This document shows, one piece after another, positions 58,985-64,000 of a DNA stretch of 64,000 bases. This DNA comes from a virus, in the IMG/VR virus record IMGVR_UViG_3300001533_002283, positions 1 to 64,000 of that record. One strand, 5' to 3'. The notes under the pieces are model-generated. The model was not told the DNA's origin. It was given only the letters and a program-made list of their open reading frames with translations, and searched no databases. Numbering within the stretch: position 1 is the first letter of the stretch; each line of letters starts with the position of its first letter. The translations under genes and the position numbers were made by a program.

Positions 58985-59881
58985 TTATCCCTGTTTAAAC
59001 CTAAAAAGAAACTCACTACTCTTACTCATCTCGGCAATTTTATTAACTCTCTCCCACTTTTCCCTCTGTTGCTCTCCAATTTTTTTGCAGTTTTCCATGT
59101 TGAGTTTGTTTAAATCAATATGGGTAACGGGCCGACTGGTGGGGACAATAGCGATGCGCCCGTATGCGCGCAATTCCCCACACAGGGCAACGTGTTCGCT
59201 ATCCCCAAAGGTAGCCCACTTTTCTTTGTCGAACGCCCATGAATCAAACAGGCAAAATCCGCCAAATGCCGAGTTGACTTCAACCGGAAGCATGTTTTGA
59301 AAATTTTCCTTATCTTCCTTTCGGTAAAATGGAGTGTCGGCGAAATAAACTCCTCCAAGACCGATTTTATCTCGAAATGCGTAAACATCGTAGAATGAGT
59401 CACTTGCCTCATTAAATGTAAGATCGGGGACGTTTTGACGGCAATTTGAGGTGGCGGCGACAAAATTCTGATTCTCCTCCATGAAGTCATAAAGTGCGAG
59501 GAAATCGCTGTTACCCCACACTAAATCGGTGTCAATCACAAGAGAGTAATCAGAGGGGGTGTCTTTCCCCATTTCTTTATTCTTATTGCGATAATAGGAA
59601 AGAAGTGAAACCCGAATTTCGCTCTCTACACTTCCAAACTTAGGCGCATTTAACTCTTCATAGAGTAGTTTGCCCCCATAGAGAGCGCACCAATCTTGGA
59701 GAATTTGGCGAGTATTGTCGGTTGAGTCGTTGCAATAATAGTAGAAATTAAACTCAAAACCGGGCAATGTGGTTAAGTTGGAGATTTGCTCTAATGTCCG
59801 GTGAATATTCTCCTCCGAGTCACGGAAAAGCGCGTATACATTAATCTTTTTAATTTCTACCTCTTGTAATATATCGCTCAT
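58985..59881 (-). CDS. GT-A fold glycosyltransferase
   Basis: RDSE, NDS.D.T, RN, DTD (DxD), FYD.YAFRD, SAFGG, SEHV (track start 60079 over-extended). Confidence 0.75.
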   Translation of the reverse strand: MSDILQEVEIKKINVYALFRDSEENIHRTLEQISNLTTLPGFEFNFYYYCNDSTDNTRQILQDWCALYGGKLLYEELNAPKFGSVESEIRVSLLSYYRNKNKEMGKDTPSDYSLVIDTDLVWGNSDFLALYDFMEENQNFVAATSNCRQNVPDLTFNEASDSFYDVYAFRDKIGLGGVYFADTPFYRKEDKENFQNMLPVEVNSAFGGFCLFDSWAFDKEKWATFGDSEHVALCGELRAYGRIAIVPTSRPVTHIDLNKLNMENCKKIGEQQREKWERVNKIAEMSKSSEFLFRFKQG

Positions 59882-59882
59882 A

Positions 59883-60143
59883 TTATTTCCCACCTTTCTT
59901 AAACCCAATGTATTTAAATCGTTTAATAAATTCGCTATACCTGCCTCGCCAAGTTCTTCCACCCTCTTTCTCCATAGGGTCGCTCCAAGTAGTGATGATG
60001 GGTTCATCAATGGTAGCCGCGCCGCCTTCGGATTCTTCCTCTTCAATGAGAACAATCTGATGTTGAACGCCTTTCCCATCTTCGTCTTTTAAAGCAAAGA
60101 ATCGGGAGCGTAAATTTTGATAATTTTTGATGTAGTCTTCCAT
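59883..60143 (-). CDS. Hypothetical protein
   Basis: ATAACACT leader at 60143. Confidence 0.6.
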   Translation of the reverse strand: MEDYIKNYQNLRSRFFALKDEDGKGVQHQIVLIEEEESEGGAATIDEPIITTWSDPMEKEGGRTWRGRYSEFIKRFKYIGFKKGGK

Positions 60144-60154
60144 AGTGTTATACC

Positions 60155-60472
60155 TCATTCAGTATCCCACGTTGCCGCCTCAAAAGCAACGCTAAATCTA
60201 TCCCAAGGGCCATTTTCATCCTCACCTTTATAATAATAAATCATAAATCCGCCACTTCCCGTCCAAGTGGAGACTTCTTTCTCATTTTTACGCTTGGTAT
60301 ATAACTCTCTCATATATCTCCTTACATTCTTCCGCATGTCGGCAATTTCCGGCACGGCCATTCCGCCGTCTTCGGTTCCCCACTTCCAATTAAGAAAATT
60401 CATTATGGTTTTCACTTTATTAAAATCAAACCAATCCATAACTTCTTCTATATGCTGATCTAGTGTTTTCAT
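60155..60472 (-). CDS. Hypothetical phage protein
   Basis: FDF.KV...M..L.W.W and GGF motifs. Confidence 0.7.
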   Translation of the reverse strand: MKTLDQHIEEVMDWFDFNKVKTIMNFLNWKWGTEDGGMAVPEIADMRKNVRRYMRELYTKRKNEKEVSTWTGSGGFMIYYYKGEDENGPWDRFSVAFEAATWDTE

Positions 60473-60489
60473 AAATTATTTTTATTTTT

Positions 60490-61473
60490 TTAATTAATTA
60501 ACCTTTTAAACAATACCCTAAACGCCTTCTCCGCGACATCTGGAACCACTCCATTACCTAAGAGGATATGTCTGTCCACCCGATGGGAAGTCCCATTAGG
60601 CTTTCCACCCAGTTTAAATTCACCACGGGAAGCAATTCTTTGGTGTTCCCATTCTTTTTGCTCTTCTGCTGGATAACTTGGCCATTTTGATTCTGGTCGG
60701 GCATATAAGACTCCATTGCACTCAATAAATTCAAGTCCGTCCTGAGTGGGTCCATAGCATTCGCAGTCGGCATAGTGAGTTCCGCAATCTTCGCACCACT
60801 CTTCTTCGCAGCACTCGCACTTTGGCAATTCGTCTGCGAATTTAACCCGCCGCCAATTGCAAATATTTGACGGGGAAGCTGATCCACTCTCGTCTTCTCG
60901 TCTTTCCTCATCGAGGTTTGATTGAATGAGTCTTTCCAATCTCTTGAATTGGGGGTTATCCAAAATTGCAAGGATGAAGACTCTTTTTCTTTCATGGGAT
61001 GCGCCGCATTCCGCCGCGCTAAATATTCCCCACGTTGTTCTATAACCCATTTCTTCCAAATCGCTAATGACTGTGGGGAGTCCCATCGTGATGTGCCCTT
61101 CAACATTTTCAAAGAGACAGATGGTGGGCTGCATTTGTTTAATTCCGTCTCTGATGAATGGCCAGAGATGGCGAGGGTCTTTTTCTCCAAGTCGTTTTCC
61201 GACAAGTGCGAAGGGTTTACAGGGATACCCGGCAGAGAGGATATCCACTTTTCCGTAAAATTCTTCGTATGGAAAGTTCGTAACGTCTGTCCAAACAGGC
61301 GCGGCATCCAATTTCCCTTCTTCAATTTTTGCAAGAAGATTTTCGATGACATAGCTTTCTCTCTCACAGTAACAGATTGTTCTAAGATTTGGGATAACTC
61401 GCTTGATTCCAAGGCTAATTCCCTCAAATCCTGAACAAAGGGAGGCGTAATTAATTGTTTGGGTAATATCCAT
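60490..61473 (-). CDS. dcm: C5-cytosine DNA methyltransferase, large (alpha) chain
   Basis: Motifs I SLCSG, IV GYPCKPF, VI ENV, VIII HERKRVF, X GNGV; motif IX absent (track start 61542). Confidence 0.88.
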   Translation of the reverse strand: MDITQTINYASLCSGFEGISLGIKRVIPNLRTICYCERESYVIENLLAKIEEGKLDAAPVWTDVTNFPYEEFYGKVDILSAGYPCKPFALVGKRLGEKDPRHLWPFIRDGIKQMQPTICLFENVEGHITMGLPTVISDLEEMGYRTTWGIFSAAECGASHERKRVFILAILDNPQFKRLERLIQSNLDEERREDESGSASPSNICNWRRVKFADELPKCECCEEEWCEDCGTHYADCECYGPTQDGLEFIECNGVLYARPESKWPSYPAEEQKEWEHQRIASRGEFKLGGKPNGTSHRVDRHILLGNGVVPDVAEKAFRVLFKRLIN

Positions 61474-61478
61474 GTCAT
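60558..61478 (-). CDS. Overlapping alternative-frame methyltransferase chain (TRD + motif IX)
   Basis: 306-aa stop-free frame with W.TP...DWKD..DQLPRQ and LNLNWVESLMGLPIGWT. Confidence 0.72.
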   Translation of the reverse strand: MTWILPKQLITPPFVQDLRELALESSELSQILEQSVTVREKAMSSKIFLQKLKKGNWMPRLFGQTLRTFHTKNFTEKWISSLPGIPVNPSHLSENDLEKKTLAISGHSSETELNKCSPPSVSLKMLKGTSRWDSPQSLAIWKKWVIEQRGEYLARRNAAHPMKEKESSSLQFWITPNSRDWKDSFNQTSMRKDEKTRVDQLPRQIFAIGGGLNSQTNCQSASAAKKSGAKIAELTMPTANAMDPLRTDLNLLSAMESYMPDQNQNGQVIQQKSKKNGNTKELLPVVNLNWVESLMGLPIGWTDISS

Positions 61479-61501
61479 TATTTATGGTGTGTTGTGTTAT
61501 A

Positions 61502-62095
61502 TTAAATTGAGTTCCCGCCGCTACTGCCAAAACCACCCTCATTCCGTGCAGTTTCGTCTAACTTGTCAACCAAAACCCATTTAATATCAACGTTTTTTAC
61601 GGGACGAACCTGAAGGATTCTATCTCCCACTTTGTAACACTTGTCCAAATTAACTCGTGCACCCATAACCTCCCAATGAATTTCATCCGCATATGTGTAG
61701 GGTCGAAGGGTCAAATCTGTTGGCTGGATTTTATAACCTAGTCTGATTTTTATTTCACCTCGATAGGGGTTATCTATTGTTGGACAAGAGTTTAATACAT
61801 AATGATTATACTTACTGATACTTGAACGAGGAAGACCCTGAAGCCACCATTTTTCAGGAGGCGAAGTTAACATACTGAAAAGATCGCCCGTTGTGTTTTG
61901 GGTATCTTGTGGAGCGACAAATAAATTCGTTCCATACTCGATATAATCAATTTCGCTATAAATACCCCCACCAACTTCAGTCCCGACAATTTTCGGCCCG
62001 GAAGTGGCATAAATATCATAGGCAGCGTCTAGTGGGTTAAATTTTTCAGGGAGTTTTAGCCCTTCAACGTTTCTAACTTGAATTGTAATTTCCAT
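61502..62095 (-). CDS. dut: dUTPase (trimeric)
   Basis: AAYDI, PRSS, TID..YRGEI, GDRI.Q, R.EGGFGSSG. Confidence 0.9.
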   Translation of the reverse strand: MEITIQVRNVEGLKLPEKFNPLDAAYDIYATSGPKIVGTEVGGGIYSEIDYIEYGTNLFVAPQDTQNTTGDLFSMLTSPPEKWWLQGLPRSSISKYNHYVLNSCPTIDNPYRGEIKIRLGYKIQPTDLTLRPYTYADEIHWEVMGARVNLDKCYKVGDRILQVRPVKNVDIKWVLVDKLDETARNEGGFGSSGGNSI

Positions 62096-62270
62096 AAGGT
62101 GTTATAAATTAATTGTTTTATATCTTAAACTCTTTCCAATTTTCTTAAAATGCTTTCCGGAGTCCAAAGACTCTTTGTTTGTGAAGGAGCAAAGAGACTC
62201 GCGAATTTATTCGTGAAAGGAATTGCGCAGTAAATTATTGCGGTTTTCATTAAAAGTTAAAAATCTTTAA

Positions 62271-63496
62271 AAATCGTTTCTATTTTAGAAGAAATTACTG
62301 TAATATATAATTGATGATATGTTATTCAACCAAATTACTTGCCGAAAGTCAAGAGGATTTTGCGGATTTACGCAAACTTCTTGAGTGGCAGCGTTTGGCT
62401 TTTAACGAAGCATCTAAGGTTCAATTTGGGCAAAAGAAAAATAGCATTGTTTGGTTGCATGGAAATTTTTATAGAAAATTTAGAGATTCAAATCCATATA
62501 TTCCATCTCAGGTAATTGTTCGGGCGGAACAAGAGTGTTTATCTAAATATGCGGGAGCTAAATCGAACAAACATAAACCTGTTAAAGCGCACGAAAAGAG
62601 AAATTTAAGTATACAATTAGACCAACGGATTTATTCAGTTAAAGAAAAATATACGATTGGAATTACCACAGCGAACAAAAGAAAACAATTCAAATATGTT
62701 TTATATCCCAAACTGAAAGAACTCTTAGATAAGGTCGGTCATAAAGATCCATCTATTTTTGAACGAAATGGGGAATTTTATATCAGTTTTCCCTTTGATG
62801 TTAAAGTTGAGCCGGAGAAGCAAAATTTAGCTTTAGGTGTTGATTTGGGCATTCGTGTTGCAGCGGCGTGTTCTGATGGGCGTATAATTAAGGATAAGAA
62901 GTTTAATGCAGGGCAGCGCAAACTTCGCTTTTTGAAGCGAAAACTTAAATCGGCGATTCACACACGAAAATCAAAATCAGCCCGCAAGCATTTGAAAAAA
63001 CTCCGCAGAAAAGAGCGGAATAAAAACAAGAACCAAACTTTCTTAATCGCCAATAAGATTCTCCAAACAAAAGCACAAGTTATTACTTTGGAGAATCTTG
63101 AAGGAATTAAGGCTAAAAAACATAAAAATCAGAATAAAAACAAAATCAGTCAGGTTCCGTTATACGAACTTCGGCGAGTTCTAACCTATAAGGCTCTTTT
63201 ACTTGGCAAACAAGTAATTGTTGTTAACCCCGCATTCACTTCTCAAATTGATTCCATCACTGGGAAACGAGAGGGCGAACGTAAGGGTAGGCGTTTTTAT
63301 TCAAAATCAGGTCTAGTCTATGATGCGGATTTGAATGCCGCCAGAAACATAGGCCAAAGATCAAAACTCCCCGTTTCGTATGGAAACATACTTGATGGGC
63401 AAGCCGTTGTCACCCGGCTAATAGTTGGAAATACTTTAAGTAGAAATACTTAACTTTTTTCTGGCAAGTCCGCAAATTTATTTGCGGGTAAGTGAC
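62271..63496 (+). mobile_element. IS200/IS605-family solo-TnpB (IS1341-like) element
   Basis: TTTAA immediately left; right-end hairpin CCGCAAAT/ATTTGCGG ending TGAC; removal restores the flanking ORF. Confidence 0.75.
62311..63453 (+). CDS. tnpB: TnpB RNA-guided endonuclease (zinc-finger Cys lost)
   Basis: GVDLG, LENL, NPAFTSQ, DADLNAARNI. Confidence 0.9.
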   Translation: MMICYSTKLLAESQEDFADLRKLLEWQRLAFNEASKVQFGQKKNSIVWLHGNFYRKFRDSNPYIPSQVIVRAEQECLSKYAGAKSNKHKPVKAHEKRNLSIQLDQRIYSVKEKYTIGITTANKRKQFKYVLYPKLKELLDKVGHKDPSIFERNGEFYISFPFDVKVEPEKQNLALGVDLGIRVAAACSDGRIIKDKKFNAGQRKLRFLKRKLKSAIHTRKSKSARKHLKKLRRKERNKNKNQTFLIANKILQTKAQVITLENLEGIKAKKHKNQNKNKISQVPLYELRRVLTYKALLLGKQVIVVNPAFTSQIDSITGKREGERKGRRFYSKSGLVYDADLNAARNIGQRSKLPVSYGNILDGQAVVTRLIVGNTLSRNT

Positions 63497-63695
63497 GGGA
63501 CGATTTCTCCAACTCTTTAAACTCTTTTTCTGTTAATTCCTTGCACTTAATTTCAAAAACGTCCCCATCTTCCATGCAAGAAATCTCCGACATAAAATCT
63601 TCAAATTTATCCGACCAATAACCGGCTTTTTCTTGGTTATGGATAAACCAGATTTTAACTTTTTTGTTTTCCATAAAATTAATCGGTAAATTCAA
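63450..63695 (-). CDS. Hypothetical protein with C-terminus replaced by the TnpB element
   Basis: Start probably 63674; the last 16 codons lie inside the element. Confidence 0.55.
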   Translation of the reverse strand: MNLPINFMENKKVKIWFIHNQEKAGYWSDKFEDFMSEISCMEDGDVFEIKCKELTEKEFKELEKSSRHLPANKFADLPEKS

Positions 63696-63885
63696 TTAAA
63701 ACTCGCGGGGCTTGAATCCGAGAGAGAACAATGCGTCGGTTAAATTCTTGTTCTGTAATTAGCTCTTCCATTGATTCCCGAAAATTCTTTAAATCCCAGC
63801 CTTTATGGTCAAGAATAGTAATAGAGCTATACTCTAACTCTTTCAACCAACCATAACTTGATTTTTTAATAATCGTATCGTTCAT
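63679..63885 (-). CDS. Hypothetical phage protein
   Basis: ILD..GW..N....E.IT..EF..R pattern. Confidence 0.65.
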   Translation of the reverse strand: MNDTIIKKSSYGWLKELEYSSITILDHKGWDLKNFRESMEELITEQEFNRRIVLSRIQAPRVLIEFTD

Positions 63886-64000
63886 ATTTTTATTTTTACT
63901 TTAAAACTACTGCAATTTTATGACTACATCCCCAACTCTTAAATCCCTCATTCACTTTATTAAATTTTTCAATCGCCGCGCTGAGTTCTTCTCGACCTTC

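Noticed and set aside
59882-60079. Dual coding of the glycosyltransferase N-terminus with 59883-60143
   Set aside because: Better explained by a start at 59881 just after the upstream stop; the extension has no motifs.

Overview
This is a 64-kb AT-rich segment of a large (probably jumbo) tailed phage genome. From about 4.6 kb to the right end it is almost all minus-strand early/accessory genes: more than 100 small ORFs, with roughly 30 copies of one sigma70-type promoter (CTTG[A/C]N-N17/18-TGNTA[T/C]NNT). Starts lack Shine-Dalgarno sequences and instead carry ATAACAC or CAACCACA leaders. Recognisable genes are two signal-peptide T4-lysozyme-like proteins, RadC/JAB, a PD-(D/E)xK nuclease with a PolA-palm-like protein, tRNA-Leu(UAA), a DUF3150-like/MoxR-AAA/metallopeptidase-vWA module, a PRTase, a Zn-deaminase, rIIA/rIIB, YopX, dNMP kinase, phosphoesterases, a Cys phosphatase, an RNA ligase and kinase, UvsE, a glycosyltransferase, a C5-methyltransferase, dUTPase, HNH and LAGLIDADG endonucleases, an IS607 element (TnpA+TnpB) and a solo-TnpB element. 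The most unusual signals are non-coding or recoding features. (i) Two 3'-end RNA elements display a UGUGGUUG loop exactly complementary to a CAACCACA motif in at least 7 early 5' leaders. (ii) A duplicated three-hairpin cassette sits between convergent promoters. (iii) A ~770-bp ncRNA island has boxA-like sites and a CCA-ending tRNA-like RNA. (iv) An adenine methyltransferase is interrupted by an (AG)16 tract. (v) A C5-methyltransferase is split over two overlapping reading frames. All calls come from reading the sequence by eye; no database searches or folding programs were run.
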